A stretch of 64,000 bases of DNA, taken from positions 87,985-151,984 of the IMG/VR virus record IMGVR_UViG_3300044568_004391. One strand, 5' to 3'. Below the pieces are notes generated by a model, which saw only the letters and a program-made list of their open reading frames with translations, was not told where the DNA came from and made no database searches. The position numbers and the translations under genes are program-made. Source of the stretch: a virus. Positions 29,738 to 39,840 of the stretch are shown piece after piece; the first letter of the stretch is position 1; the number at the start of each line of letters is the position of its first letter.

Positions 29738-30675
29738 AAATATTCATTACAGGTGGTGCCGGTTATATAGGTACAACTCTAATCCCCTTATTGTTGGAAA
29801 AAGAATATCAAGTAACTGTTTATGACTCACTGATTTTCAATAACGGTGATAAAATTTTACCTTACATAACGAATGAAAATTTTACCTTTATCAAGGGTGA
29901 TATAAGGGATGAAAATCTACTCAAAGAAAGTTTGAAAGATCATGACGTTGTAATTCACTTAGCGGCTTTAGTTGGATTCCCAATTTGTAGAGAAAAAGGT
30001 GAAAAGGAATCCTTCGATGTTAATACAAATGGAACAAAAATAATTATAAATAACTTATCCCCAAATCAATACTTACTGTATGGTTCAACTGGATCGAATT
30101 ATGGTGATGTGGATGGAATATGTACTGAGGATAGCCCCCTTAACCCTCTGAGTATTTATGGTCAATCTAAAACACGGGCTGAAAATTTAGTAATGAAACG
30201 ACCCAACAGTACTGCATTTAGATTTGCAACTGCGTTCGGAGTTTCACCAAGATTGAGATTGGATCTTTTGATAAATGATCTAACTTATAAATCAATCAAA
30301 GAAGGATATGCCGTAATTTATGAATCACACTTTTTGAGAACATTTATACACGTGAAAGATATTGCAAGAGTCTTTGTATTTGCGATTGAAAATTCAGAAA
30401 AGATGAAAGACAATATCTATAATGTAGGATCTGAAAAAATGAATTTTTCGAAAAAAGAAATATGTGAACTTATAAAAAAAGAAATACCTAATTCTTACTT
30501 CAACTATGCCGATGTTGGAGAGGATGCTGATAAGAGAAATTATGTAGTTAGTTACGAAAAAATTAAATCGATTGGTTATGACACAACAATCGATGTTGAA
30601 ACAGGAATCAGAGAATTAATACGATCGATCCCCTTGATAAATCTTCACAATCCTTATTATAATGTTTTGAAATAA
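29734..30675 (+). CDS. NAD-dependent epimerase/dehydratase
   Basis: TGGAGYIG, YGQSK, RFAT.FG.SPR.R.DL. Confidence 0.9.
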   Translation: MKIFITGGAGYIGTTLIPLLLEKEYQVTVYDSLIFNNGDKILPYITNENFTFIKGDIRDENLLKESLKDHDVVIHLAALVGFPICREKGEKESFDVNTNGTKIIINNLSPNQYLLYGSTGSNYGDVDGICTEDSPLNPLSIYGQSKTRAENLVMKRPNSTAFRFATAFGVSPRLRLDLLINDLTYKSIKEGYAVIYESHFLRTFIHVKDIARVFVFAIENSEKMKDNIYNVGSEKMNFSKKEICELIKKEIPNSYFNYADVGEDADKRNYVVSYEKIKSIGYDTTIDVETGIRELIRSIPLINLHNPYYNVLK

Positions 30676-30703
30676 AAAAAGGTGGTCATTTGACCACCTT
30701 TTT
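30676..30703. terminator. bidirectional terminator between convergent genes
   Basis: AAAAAGGTGGTCA-T-TTGACCACCTTTT hairpin. Confidence 0.8.
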
Positions 30704-30896
30704 AATCCATCATATCGATGTGTTTCCTAATTAGTTGTTGAAAAAAATCTGAATTACTTTTCCATTCTTTCCAAACATCAAAATCTTGTAATTCCTCTAA
30801 CATAGTTTGGGGAATCAGAACAAAACCTTCAGGTACAAGATGATCAAACTTCTTGTACTTATAGTTTTTGATTGATTCTTGAATATTAACGTCCAT
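30702..30896 (-). CDS. small hypothetical protein
   Basis: ORF downstream of TATATTTG at 30989-30996. Confidence 0.55.
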   Translation of the reverse strand: MDVNIQESIKNYKYKKFDHLVPEGFVLIPQTMLEELQDFDVWKEWKSNSDFFQQLIRKHIDMMD

Positions 30897-31063
30897 TTTC
30901 TTTGTAACAATAAAACCTCAATACCATAAGCGTAACCAGTGCCGAAATGAAAATTACCAGGAATGTTGTCATGTAAGTTTATTTTCTACAAATATAATCT
31001 AAATTTATTCAGAATCCAAATATTAATCAAAGAATTAATATATTTATAACAAAAAGATTTGTC

Positions 31064-31567
31064 ATGCCAAAAGTTATAAAACTTAACGAAAATGATTTAA
31101 GAAAAATTGTTGACAGGGTTATCACCGAATCCAACAAGCACGATGTTAAATGGACCAAAAACTTCAAAAAATATTTTAAACCCAACCAATACGAGCTCGA
31201 GGATAGGGATCAAAGAGAACTTCTTGAACTTATTGATGATATCAGAAGAGAACTCGACCGTTATGAGGATGGTGTTGTAACCATTAAACTCAAGGGTGGT
31301 GAATCCAAAACTCCAAACGTTGTTAATGTAAGAGGTGAAGATCAAGTTCACCCACCTGGTGCAATGGCAAAGAGAAGATGTCATTGGACTAAGAAGTTCC
31401 TTCAAAATCACGGAGGTGATCTTTTAAGGGGTGTTAATTATGTAACGGACAAGCCTTTTATCAACGGCCCCGATCATGATCCATCTAAGAGAATTAATTC
31501 TCCCGAATATTTGGACAATCAGTTTGTCGATCTTCTTGTTACCGTCAACGGTAATGTGAGAAGATAA
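31064..31567 (+). CDS. E-leader protein with a degenerate OmpA-like domain
   Basis: MPKVIKLNENDLRKIVDRVITES; F..NQY.L, I...GGES..PN and AKRR motifs. Confidence 0.6.
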   Translation: MPKVIKLNENDLRKIVDRVITESNKHDVKWTKNFKKYFKPNQYELEDRDQRELLELIDDIRRELDRYEDGVVTIKLKGGESKTPNVVNVRGEDQVHPPGAMAKRRCHWTKKFLQNHGGDLLRGVNYVTDKPFINGPDHDPSKRINSPEYLDNQFVDLLVTVNGNVRR

Positions 31568-31631
31568 ATTCTTAAATATTTTTGTCCTTTACTTTTTTTT
31601 CGTATATTTGTGATTATAGACAATCACAAGT

Positions 31632-33740
31632 ATGAAAAAAATATTTCTTGTATTTTTCTCTTTTATTTCTTTTATTGGTTTTTCGCAGTCAGATCAGTGT
31701 GGATTCGATCACATTAAGATGATGGGTATGTTTGATATTACCGAAAATCACGAAATAACGTATATTGGTAATAGAGATGAAGTTCACACAATTCCTGTTG
31801 TTTTTCACGTAATTCATTTGGGTGAAGATGAAGGTGTTGGTACAAATATTTCAGATGAACAGATTTTAGATGGATTGAGAATTATCAACGAAGACCTAAG
31901 AAAAATTCCAAATTCATGGGGTGATGGAATAGGTGTTGATGTTGAAATGGAACTTTGTTTGGCGTCGAGAGACCCTTTGGGAAATCCAACAAATGGAATT
32001 ACAAGACATGATGGTAATATATGGGTGGATTATTCTACAAATGGTATTTCATTCACACCAAACCAAGTAGGTGAACCTGAATTGAATATTAAAAATGCTA
32101 CAACATGGGATAGAACCAAATACCTGAATGTGTGGTTAGTTTCTGAAATTCAAGGAAATGACGGACTGTGGGGTACACAGGGATATGCTTACTATCCAAT
32201 CCCCAACAATCGTGACGGTATTGTTTTATTACACAATGTTATTGGTTCCTTTGGAAATGTCAAACCAACACACAATAGAAGTAGGACTTTTACTCATGAG
32301 TTTGGTCATTACTTAGGTTTGTACCACACATTTGAAAGTTATGAAGATTGTAGTTCTGCGGCTTCAGAAGTGGATTGTGTAACTCAAGGAGATAGAGTTT
32401 GTGATACACCACCCACCAAAGTGGGTTGGGGTTGTACACCGGCTTGTGTAATCACAAATTCACAATACCAAAACTATATGGATTATAGTGAACAAACTTG
32501 TAGAAACACATTTACTCAAGGACAAAAAGATAGAATGAGGGGTGGTGCAGGAATTATGAATGCTTGGAGAGTTTCTTTATTATCTAGCGATGGTTGTACA
32601 CCTGTCGAAGGAACCAATCTTTCTATTGAAAGTGGTACATATTACCAAAATTGTGGGTTTTCAGGGATCAAACCTGAAGTTAAAATTCAAAACTTGGGGT
32701 TAAATCCAATTCATCAATTTCAAGTAAGTGCAAGAATTGTTGGTACACCTTACTTTATTGTTAAAAGTTGGACATCTGAAAATCCAATAAACTTATTTGA
32801 CGTTGTCACAGTTACGTTCCCTATGGGATCTACAGATTACGGGACAGGAGAAATTATTTATCAAATTTTGGATCAAGATTCCTACATGACTGATAATACC
32901 CTTGAAATTATTTACGAATCATTACCATCGGAAGAATTAACGTTGATTTTGAATCCAGATTTTTTTGCGAACGAAACGACTTGGGAAATGGTAAATATTA
33001 ATGGTGATATAATTTGGGAGGGGGGTCCATATAGTACAGGTCCCGATAATCCAATTATCCATATCGATTGTGTCTCGAATGGATGTTATGACTTTACAGT
33101 ATATGATCAGTTTGGAGATGGATATGATTTCGGTGGGGATTTTGAGTTGATCAATTCATCAGGTGAAACATTAGCATACGGAGAGGATAATTTCGGTGAT
33201 GAGGTGACTTTTAACTTTTGTATAGATGTGCCATTTTTGGAACCCTGTAGTGATATTGGATATAATGGAATTTGTGACGATGATGAGATCGGATTAATTT
33301 GGGGTTGTTTAGATCCGTTGGCGTGTAATTATGATTTTTATGCGAACTTATCAAACGCATCTTGTATTTTTCCGAATGGTATTTACGATTGTTTTGGGAA
33401 TTGTTTGGTTGATTCAGATTACGATGGTGTTTGTGACCAATTAGAAATCTTGGGGTGTATAGATCCGATTTCCTGTAATTACGATGAAAATGCAACCGAA
33501 GAATCAGAGTGTCAATATCCAATCTTCGGATATTCTTGTGATGGTATACCGTTGACTTCATTGAATACTGTAACAGGTATTAGAGAACTAATTAATTCAA
33601 ATATCGTTGAAAAAATTATTCTATACGATATTCAGGGTAGAGAAATAAACCCTGATAAAATAACATCATCAGGTGTTTACCTAATTAATTTACACTTTAG
33701 GGATGGTACAATCAGAACTCACAAAGTTCATTTGAACTAA
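31632..33740 (+). CDS. secreted M43 (pappalysin/ulilysin-like) zinc metalloprotease with Cys-rich repeats and a probable T9SS type-A CTD
   Basis: GFS-Q signal; QCG Cys-switch; HEFGHYLGLYH; NYMDY Met-turn; YDIQGRE...GVYLI...KV. Confidence 0.85.
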   Translation: MKKIFLVFFSFISFIGFSQSDQCGFDHIKMMGMFDITENHEITYIGNRDEVHTIPVVFHVIHLGEDEGVGTNISDEQILDGLRIINEDLRKIPNSWGDGIGVDVEMELCLASRDPLGNPTNGITRHDGNIWVDYSTNGISFTPNQVGEPELNIKNATTWDRTKYLNVWLVSEIQGNDGLWGTQGYAYYPIPNNRDGIVLLHNVIGSFGNVKPTHNRSRTFTHEFGHYLGLYHTFESYEDCSSAASEVDCVTQGDRVCDTPPTKVGWGCTPACVITNSQYQNYMDYSEQTCRNTFTQGQKDRMRGGAGIMNAWRVSLLSSDGCTPVEGTNLSIESGTYYQNCGFSGIKPEVKIQNLGLNPIHQFQVSARIVGTPYFIVKSWTSENPINLFDVVTVTFPMGSTDYGTGEIIYQILDQDSYMTDNTLEIIYESLPSEELTLILNPDFFANETTWEMVNINGDIIWEGGPYSTGPDNPIIHIDCVSNGCYDFTVYDQFGDGYDFGGDFELINSSGETLAYGEDNFGDEVTFNFCIDVPFLEPCSDIGYNGICDDDEIGLIWGCLDPLACNYDFYANLSNASCIFPNGIYDCFGNCLVDSDYDGVCDQLEILGCIDPISCNYDENATEESECQYPIFGYSCDGIPLTSLNTVTGIRELINSNIVEKIILYDIQGREINPDKITSSGVYLINLHFRDGTIRTHKVHLN

Positions 33741-33762
33741 TCAGTACTTGATCGATAGAAAT

Positions 33763-34014
33763 TTAAAGAGGGGGATTCTCCTCCTCTTTTTTTCTTTCTA
33801 TTATTTTAGTAAACCGTTCTGATGCAGTAAAACCTATACCTGCGGCAACCACATACATCATATCATCCCAAACATATTCGGGAAGATCAATGTCTATAAA
33901 AACATCAACCAAAAATGCAACAGACAGGAGTAAAAATGCTCCTACTGTTACAAATCTTTTTGATGAAAACTGACCGTCTTGGTCTCTCATCATTTCTTTG
34001 AAGTATTCAATCAT
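33763..34014 (-). CDS. two-TM membrane protein, holin-like
   Basis: SSKRF plus two TM segments and a charged tail; TATTTAT upstream. Confidence 0.55.
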   Translation of the reverse strand: MIEYFKEMMRDQDGQFSSKRFVTVGAFLLLSVAFLVDVFIDIDLPEYVWDDMMYVVAAGIGFTASERFTKIIERKKEEENPPL

Positions 34015-34115
34015 TCCCTTTTTTTATTTATAAATATTTTTGATTCCGATTTAATCTTAATATGAAAAAAATATATAATCATACTTTGTCCGATATTTAT
34101 ATAAAAAAGGAAAAG

Positions 34116-34751
34116 ATGAAACATTTGATTTTTTTAATTCTATTCGTGTCTGCGACAAACATTCTAAAGTCACAAGCACCCTGTGATCTACATCTACAAG
34201 ACGTAGAATTTAACTCACAAACAACTAATCCACAACCAATTCTAACGATCCAAAATGTTGGAACTGAACCCATCACGACCGCTCAAATTCAATGGGGTCT
34301 CTTAGAAGATTCTCAAAGTATTTGGCCGTTCAGTTCTTCGGCGTGGGGTGGTGTTTTACAACCCGAAGAGGTTACAACACTTACTATGCCCGAAATCTCA
34401 ATCCCTCAAGGTTCTTGGACCTACGTGTTCAGAATTATTGCATTAAATAATTTTAACCCCGCGTTTGGTCCTTGTGTGGGTATTGATGATCATCCTCTTG
34501 ATAATATGTTGTTCGTTGAAATTCATGTGGATGAGAATGGTTGTGTTGACGATGATCAAGATGGGTTTTGTGATCAAGTTGTTTCGGTAGAAGAAGTAGA
34601 ACTTATCGAAATGAAAATTATTTCTGTAGAATATTTTGATTTGTTAGGAATAAGTATTAAATTCGAAGACTTAGAGCAAAATAGAATCTATATCAGAAGA
34701 ACCACATTCGAAAATCGAGAAACCAAAATCCAAAAAATAATAAAAACATGA
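34116..34751 (+). CDS. secreted CARDB/Ig-like protein with a T9SS-like CTD
   Basis: LKS-Q signal; I.N.G..PIT; YFDLLG...IYI...QKII. Confidence 0.7.
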   Translation: MKHLIFLILFVSATNILKSQAPCDLHLQDVEFNSQTTNPQPILTIQNVGTEPITTAQIQWGLLEDSQSIWPFSSSAWGGVLQPEEVTTLTMPEISIPQGSWTYVFRIIALNNFNPAFGPCVGIDDHPLDNMLFVEIHVDENGCVDDDQDGFCDQVVSVEEVELIEMKIISVEYFDLLGISIKFEDLEQNRIYIRRTTFENRETKIQKIIKT

Positions 34752-35059
34752 AAAACTTTCCCTTGTTGATTTTGTCAATCTTTTTGTTGTCCTCCTGTGC
34801 TGTTACATTGGAAGAAATGCAATCAGAACCAAATGATTGGACAATTCAACCTGCATTTGTTTTAGATTGGGATGGTCAAACACCGGTCAACAGGTGGTGT
34901 TCAGTTATCGAACTTAATAAATTGGACACAACAACGAATGGTGTTCCTTACATCATCAGAGAAGTTCTGGTTCAAGAAGGTGACAGCACTAAAAGAATTT
35001 TGGTGATCGAATCTCAGTTGGATGAAACCTATAAAATTACCAAAGAAATGTTTAGGTGA
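34748..35059 (+). CDS. lipoprotein
   Basis: LSS-C lipobox. Confidence 0.75.
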   Translation: MKNFPLLILSIFLLSSCAVTLEEMQSEPNDWTIQPAFVLDWDGQTPVNRWCSVIELNKLDTTTNGVPYIIREVLVQEGDSTKRILVIESQLDETYKITKEMFR

Positions 35060-37194
35060 GAATCATCTTATCTATATTATTTTTAATCTTAGGTGTAAAT
35101 TTATATTCCCAATGTGACGTTATTATCCAACCTGGGACACTCCAAAAGATAGATGTAAACCCTGGTGTTAAGTTCAGTTTCACAATAAAAAATAATGGAA
35201 CTACACCTTTTCAAAATGGGACATTCCATCTTTCTTTTGGGTGGTTGGATTCTCCAATGAATCCTCAATCTGTTTGGAATATGAATTTAAGTACTCCTAT
35301 TCAACCGAATGGTACACTACAAGTAACGTCACCTGTTTTCGATATTCCGGTTCCACAAAACGCAACAGAGTGGCCTTTTTGGGATGAAACCACAGGACCC
35401 AACGGTTGGCCAAACCCTAACTATGGTCCTTTGATGGTTTATTTAAATGGATGTTTTATAAATGCTCAAACCATAAATTCATTCCTCCCTTTGAGTGATG
35501 ATTGTCCAAATATAAATCAGGATCAATTTTGTGATTGTAATTTTGAGCTCTATGATTTCAGGACAGAACCCGAAATGCAATTAGATGTTGTTGTCCATAG
35601 TGATTATAATTGTTTTCCTGTAGGTTTTCCTCCTGGCCCCAATAGTTTTACAATTAACAATCCTGGTATATATAACATGACGATCGGTATAAACAGTTTG
35701 TTAGAAGACAACTGTGGACCATCTCCTGATCAAGGACATACTTATCTTCATTTTACATCATCTTATTTACCTGATTATGTTTTGGGAGATACGATCACTC
35801 TCGATTTAGACCAAGCATCAAATTATTCATTAATAACATGTCTTCAAGAATCTTATAATCAAGGTAATTTTGATAATTGTTATGAGGTAGTTTTGTGGCA
35901 AATAAATAACAGTCTGAGTTTGATTTCACCAAACACATTCGAAGTAACAGTTGGTGACAATATAATTCGTGTGGATGAAAATTGTCAGACGGTTGTTGAT
36001 GTTACTGACTTATCTATTGATTCCTTTTCTTACGACATAATAGGGTGTGATGTAGGTTCGCCATATGCTGCTATGAACATCACACTATCCAACGAAGGTA
36101 ATACAACTATAACCAATTTCTGTTTGAATTTGGACATTCTTCCTGATGGTATACCTGGTGAACAATATTGTTTTTCTAATTTAAATATTTTACCTGGTCA
36201 AAGTTATGTCGTTGAAGTCAACGGAGGTTCATTATCAAATGGTGTTACTTCTATCTCAATTGAAACACCGAATGACGTAATTGTAACGAATAATACCTTC
36301 GTAACTATTATTGATTTACCTTGTTATGGTTGTACGATAAGTTCAGCAATAAACTACGATCCTTTCGCAACGGTTGATGACGGATCTTGTATTATGCCCG
36401 TTCCAGGTTGTTTGGATCCTTTGGCGAATAATTATAATCCAAATGCAACGGTTGACGATGGTTCTTGTACTTATGATGTTCTTGGTTGTACCGATCCTTT
36501 AGCGAACAACTTCAATCCTGATGCAAATACAGATGACGGATCTTGCTTATATGATGTCTTTGGATGTACTGATCCATCGGCAAATAATTATAACCCTAAC
36601 GCAACTGTTGACGATGGTTCTTGTACTTACGACCCAATTTTGATTTTCGGATGTACTGACCCATTAGCAAATAACTATGATCCAAATGCCAATACTGATG
36701 ATGGATCATGTAATTATGATATTTTTGGTTGTACGGATCCCGAAGCAAATAACTACAACCCAAATGCGAACATAGAAGATGGATCTTGTACATACGATCC
36801 TGAAATTATATTTGGTTGTACCGATCCAACGGCCCTTAACTTTGATCCATTTGCAAACTCTGACGATGGGACTTGTATTTATGAAATTGATATTTGTGAG
36901 GAAGCGGATTTACATACATTCGTACCAAATGTTATAACACCAAACAATGACGGATTAAACGATGTTTGGAGAGTGGTTACTCAGTCAGACTGTTGGAGAA
37001 CTTGGAAAACTCAAATCTATAACAGATGGGGTAGTTTGATCTGGGAATCTGAAGACCCCGATGCCGTGTGGAACGCAAGTAATAGTGGAAGTGTCTACTT
37101 TGTTTCCGATGGAATTTATGTGTATACTATTACAGGGGTCGCTTGGAATAACAAACCAATTCAAAAATCAGGTTACGTTACAATAATGAGGTAA
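35056..37194 (+). CDS. secreted protein with Ig-like domains, 7 Cys-rich repeats and a T9SS type-B (gliding-motility/CHU_C) CTD
   Basis: VPNVITPNNDGLNDVW...IYNRWG...DGIYVY...GYVTIMR. Confidence 0.85.
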   Translation: MRIILSILFLILGVNLYSQCDVIIQPGTLQKIDVNPGVKFSFTIKNNGTTPFQNGTFHLSFGWLDSPMNPQSVWNMNLSTPIQPNGTLQVTSPVFDIPVPQNATEWPFWDETTGPNGWPNPNYGPLMVYLNGCFINAQTINSFLPLSDDCPNINQDQFCDCNFELYDFRTEPEMQLDVVVHSDYNCFPVGFPPGPNSFTINNPGIYNMTIGINSLLEDNCGPSPDQGHTYLHFTSSYLPDYVLGDTITLDLDQASNYSLITCLQESYNQGNFDNCYEVVLWQINNSLSLISPNTFEVTVGDNIIRVDENCQTVVDVTDLSIDSFSYDIIGCDVGSPYAAMNITLSNEGNTTITNFCLNLDILPDGIPGEQYCFSNLNILPGQSYVVEVNGGSLSNGVTSISIETPNDVIVTNNTFVTIIDLPCYGCTISSAINYDPFATVDDGSCIMPVPGCLDPLANNYNPNATVDDGSCTYDVLGCTDPLANNFNPDANTDDGSCLYDVFGCTDPSANNYNPNATVDDGSCTYDPILIFGCTDPLANNYDPNANTDDGSCNYDIFGCTDPEANNYNPNANIEDGSCTYDPEIIFGCTDPTALNFDPFANSDDGTCIYEIDICEEADLHTFVPNVITPNNDGLNDVWRVVTQSDCWRTWKTQIYNRWGSLIWESEDPDAVWNASNSGSVYFVSDGIYVYTITGVAWNNKPIQKSGYVTIMR
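36328..36882 (+). repeat. 7 tandem repeats of 26-29 aa (GCTDP.A.NY.P.A..DDGSC)
   Basis: Read from the translation. Confidence 0.9.
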
Positions 37195-37857
37195 TTATTT
37201 TTTACCGAATTTGAAACCTATGGGTTCTCTATCTGAATTTTTAGCAATAGAGATCATTCTTTCGAATCTTTCAATCTCATCGTCTATTATTGTTCTCATC
37301 ATATAAAGAGTTTCCAAATCAGAATGATTTTGAACACAGTTGATGAATTCATCTGCAGAGAAATTACATTCTCCGTATGGCTTTTCCTCTACTTCCTCCG
37401 ATGATTCATTAATATTATTATTTTTTAATGGAATAACATCCTCTAATTCAACACCAGAAACAACAGAATCATAAGTTTCTGTATCGAAAGAAGATCCCTC
37501 CCAATATTCAAAGTCACTGGAGTGAAAGTAATGTTCAACTTGTTCTTTATCGTAACCCTCTACGGTATCTTCATAATAAGTTCCTTGATACAGATTTTCT
37601 TTTACAACATAATGTAACCTATAGAGTTTTTTTTCAGGAATTATTACGTTGTCTTCTGAAAGAGTGCCATCTATTATATTTTTTTTATTAATTTTTAATA
37701 AAGCTACTACAAACCACTCATCCCAAAAGGGTACTGATTTTAAAATACTAGGTAAAGATTCTATTTCATATAAATCCCAAGTATTCCAAGTATCTTTGGT
37801 GATATGACCTTCACTATATAATAAATTTAAATATTTAACAAGAACCTTCTTATTCAT
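37195..37857 (-). CDS. hypothetical protein; N-domain paralogous to 10500-11348
   Basis: Shared motifs; NINES junction; TATTTAT upstream. Confidence 0.75.
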   Translation of the reverse strand: MNKKVLVKYLNLLYSEGHITKDTWNTWDLYEIESLPSILKSVPFWDEWFVVALLKINKKNIIDGTLSEDNVIIPEKKLYRLHYVVKENLYQGTYYEDTVEGYDKEQVEHYFHSSDFEYWEGSSFDTETYDSVVSGVELEDVIPLKNNNINESSEEVEEKPYGECNFSADEFINCVQNHSDLETLYMMRTIIDDEIERFERMISIAKNSDREPIGFKFGKK

Positions 37858-37879
37858 AACATATATTTGAATATAAATA

Positions 37880-38500
37880 TCACAAATATGTTTTGAGTGA
37901 TGCTGAAAGTTGTGTTACTTCTTGAATAAATTCTTGATTAAACTTTCCATCTGTAACAATTTCTGAAGGTATAGAACTGAATACCCAATCCATACATAGG
38001 ATACCAATCAAATGGTTCTTATCATCGAACATCGGTGTTGCCACGTGGGACTTGGTTCCATTTCCTGTACATAGAGAACGAATTCCAATATCTTCGATTT
38101 CTTCCATATCCAAAAAGTAAGATTCATTCATCATAACTTGTTTCATATACCAAGCAAATAAACTAACAAGAACACCTTGATATTTTTCTGATTTTCTTTC
38201 CAACCCTTCAGAACATCTTTCATAAGTGATTGATGCTTTTTGCATAGATGATTCGGTATAAAAATTTCCTCCGTTATGGAATTGCCAAATATAAATTCTA
38301 TCTGCATGAAATTGTCTTCTTACATCTCTTAACGCTAAATGAATAATCTCATCTCTTTCGATCTGTTCCATCAAATCCTCTTTGGATTTGTCCTTTCTCT
38401 TCTTATCTTCTTTTTTTCTGAAATAATCTTTACCAATCAACGCAACAATTATTGATGTAATTGATGTCATAAAAATCACAAAATAATCATAGAATTCCAT
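37880..38500 (-). CDS. holin-like protein (N-terminal TM plus GAF-like domain, T4 gpT-like architecture)
   Basis: TM, ADRIYIWQFHNGG, IGILCMDW. Confidence 0.55.
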   Translation of the reverse strand: MEFYDYFVIFMTSITSIIVALIGKDYFRKKEDKKRKDKSKEDLMEQIERDEIIHLALRDVRRQFHADRIYIWQFHNGGNFYTESSMQKASITYERCSEGLERKSEKYQGVLVSLFAWYMKQVMMNESYFLDMEEIEDIGIRSLCTGNGTKSHVATPMFDDKNHLIGILCMDWVFSSIPSEIVTDGKFNQEFIQEVTQLSASLKTYL

Positions 38501-38619
38501 CCCCAATAAATTTTATTTATAAATATATCGGGATTTTATTAATTCTTGAAAATGACTAAATTTGTTTTAAAAGATAATGTATATGAACTTTGTTCGTCTT
38601 AATTTATAATTAATTCGTC

Positions 38620-39015
38620 TTATTTTTTATGACCAACATTCCACAACATATCAATTCCATAGGCATTACAGAAACCTTTTTCAGGTAGAATATCTTCATC
38701 CATATCGCCACCATTTGCAAATGCAATTTTCATGGTTGGATAGAGTTGTTTGACTTTTGTTAATAGATCTACAGCAGTTCCGTCCATATCGTTGAAATGA
38801 ATTACTTCATCTATGTACTTGACTGCACGGAGAATGTGGGACCTGTCAGCCCAACAATAATTTACTTTACCATTTTTTGAAACCAACCATTCGTCAGAAT
38901 TCAATCCCAAGATGACTTTATATCCCATATGTTTTGCGGCTCTGAATAGATTTATATGTCCTCTATGGATGGTATCAAAACCGCCAGAAATAACTACTAT
39001 ATCGTATGTTTTCAT
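38620..39015 (-). CDS. cytidylyltransferase-like nucleotidyltransferase (TagD/RfaE family)
   Basis: SGGFD..HRGH, GLNSD, ANGGD. Confidence 0.85.
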   Translation of the reverse strand: MKTYDIVVISGGFDTIHRGHINLFRAAKHMGYKVILGLNSDEWLVSKNGKVNYCWADRSHILRAVKYIDEVIHFNDMDGTAVDLLTKVKQLYPTMKIAFANGGDMDEDILPEKGFCNAYGIDMLWNVGHKK

Positions 39016-39052
39016 TTTAAAACTAAGAGGTCAGTTGTAACCGACCATTTTG

Positions 39053-39139
39053 CGGAGAGAGAGGGATTCGAACCCCCGGTACCCTTTCAGGTACGTCTGA
39101 TTTCAAGTCAGGTGCATTGAACCGCTCTGCCATCTCTCC
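39053..39139 (-). tRNA. tRNA-Ser(UGA)
   Basis: Cloverleaf, loop CTTGAAA, long variable arm; no CCA. Confidence 0.92.
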
Positions 39140-39146
39140 TGAAAAA

Positions 39147-39494
39147 TCACAACTCTTCGATTCGTTTTGCTTTGTCGTCTATCACAAGATCGAAATGAGG
39201 TTTGTGTTCTCCACCACACTTAAGATAGTTGAACTTACATCCCCAGTCAACAAGTTGCTTTAATGTAAATTCAGTATAATCTAAACCTGAGGTAGACCCT
39301 CTCGCCGTCCAATAAACTACAATCCAACCCTCCTCGAAGAGTTTGTTGATTTTTTTTATGTTGTCAAAGTTGGGTTCTGCCAAGTCATACCGACGAATAC
39401 CTGAATAAAAACAAATGGTTTCATCAATATCAACGAACGCTGTTTTAGCATTTCCCTCCTCTGTGAATCTTTTTGACTCTTGAAATTCTATCAT
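39147..39494 (-). CDS. small HAD-superfamily phosphatase
   Basis: DIDET, WTARG, KP and IDDK motifs. Confidence 0.8.
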   Translation of the reverse strand: MIEFQESKRFTEEGNAKTAFVDIDETICFYSGIRRYDLAEPNFDNIKKINKLFEEGWIVVYWTARGSTSGLDYTEFTLKQLVDWGCKFNYLKCGGEHKPHFDLVIDDKAKRIEEL

Positions 39495-39840
39495 CTTTTC
39501 TGTGATTCTTATAGTTGTTTATGAGTGTTGAAATATTTAATCTTCCGACGGGGTTAGAACTCTGAATTCCGTAAGGTGGAGGATTGAGATTATTATCCAA
39601 ACAATACTCCACCATCCAAATTGCCGCATCATACCCCGTCTTTTCTTTTTTGGTCTCACCCAAGTCGTGGTCAAAACAAACCCCGTCGGGAAGCCCATTT
39701 ATCTTAATCCATGAAATAAACTCTTTGTAATTCTTAACCCATGTAACTTCAACATCTGTTCCAATAGGTGAGAACGAGAGCCAGTTCATATTAGGATCTA
39801 AAGGATTTCTCAAATCATCGAGCCAAAGTAGTTTTTTCAT
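39445..39840 (-). CDS. cyclic-phosphate-processing receiver-like domain protein (RNA-repair associated)
   Basis: LWLDDLRNP, FDHDLG, TGYD, SSNPVG. Confidence 0.75.
   Translation of the reverse strand: MKKLLWLDDLRNPLDPNMNWLSFSPIGTDVEVTWVKNYKEFISWIKINGLPDGVCFDHDLGETKKEKTGYDAAIWMVEYCLDNNLNPPPYGIQSSNPVGRLNISTLINNYKNHRKDDRISRVKKIHRGGKC

Noticed and set aside
36328-36882. Periodic repeats as a CRISPR array or DGR template
   Set aside because: In-frame protein repeats with synonymous variation; no reverse transcriptase in the window
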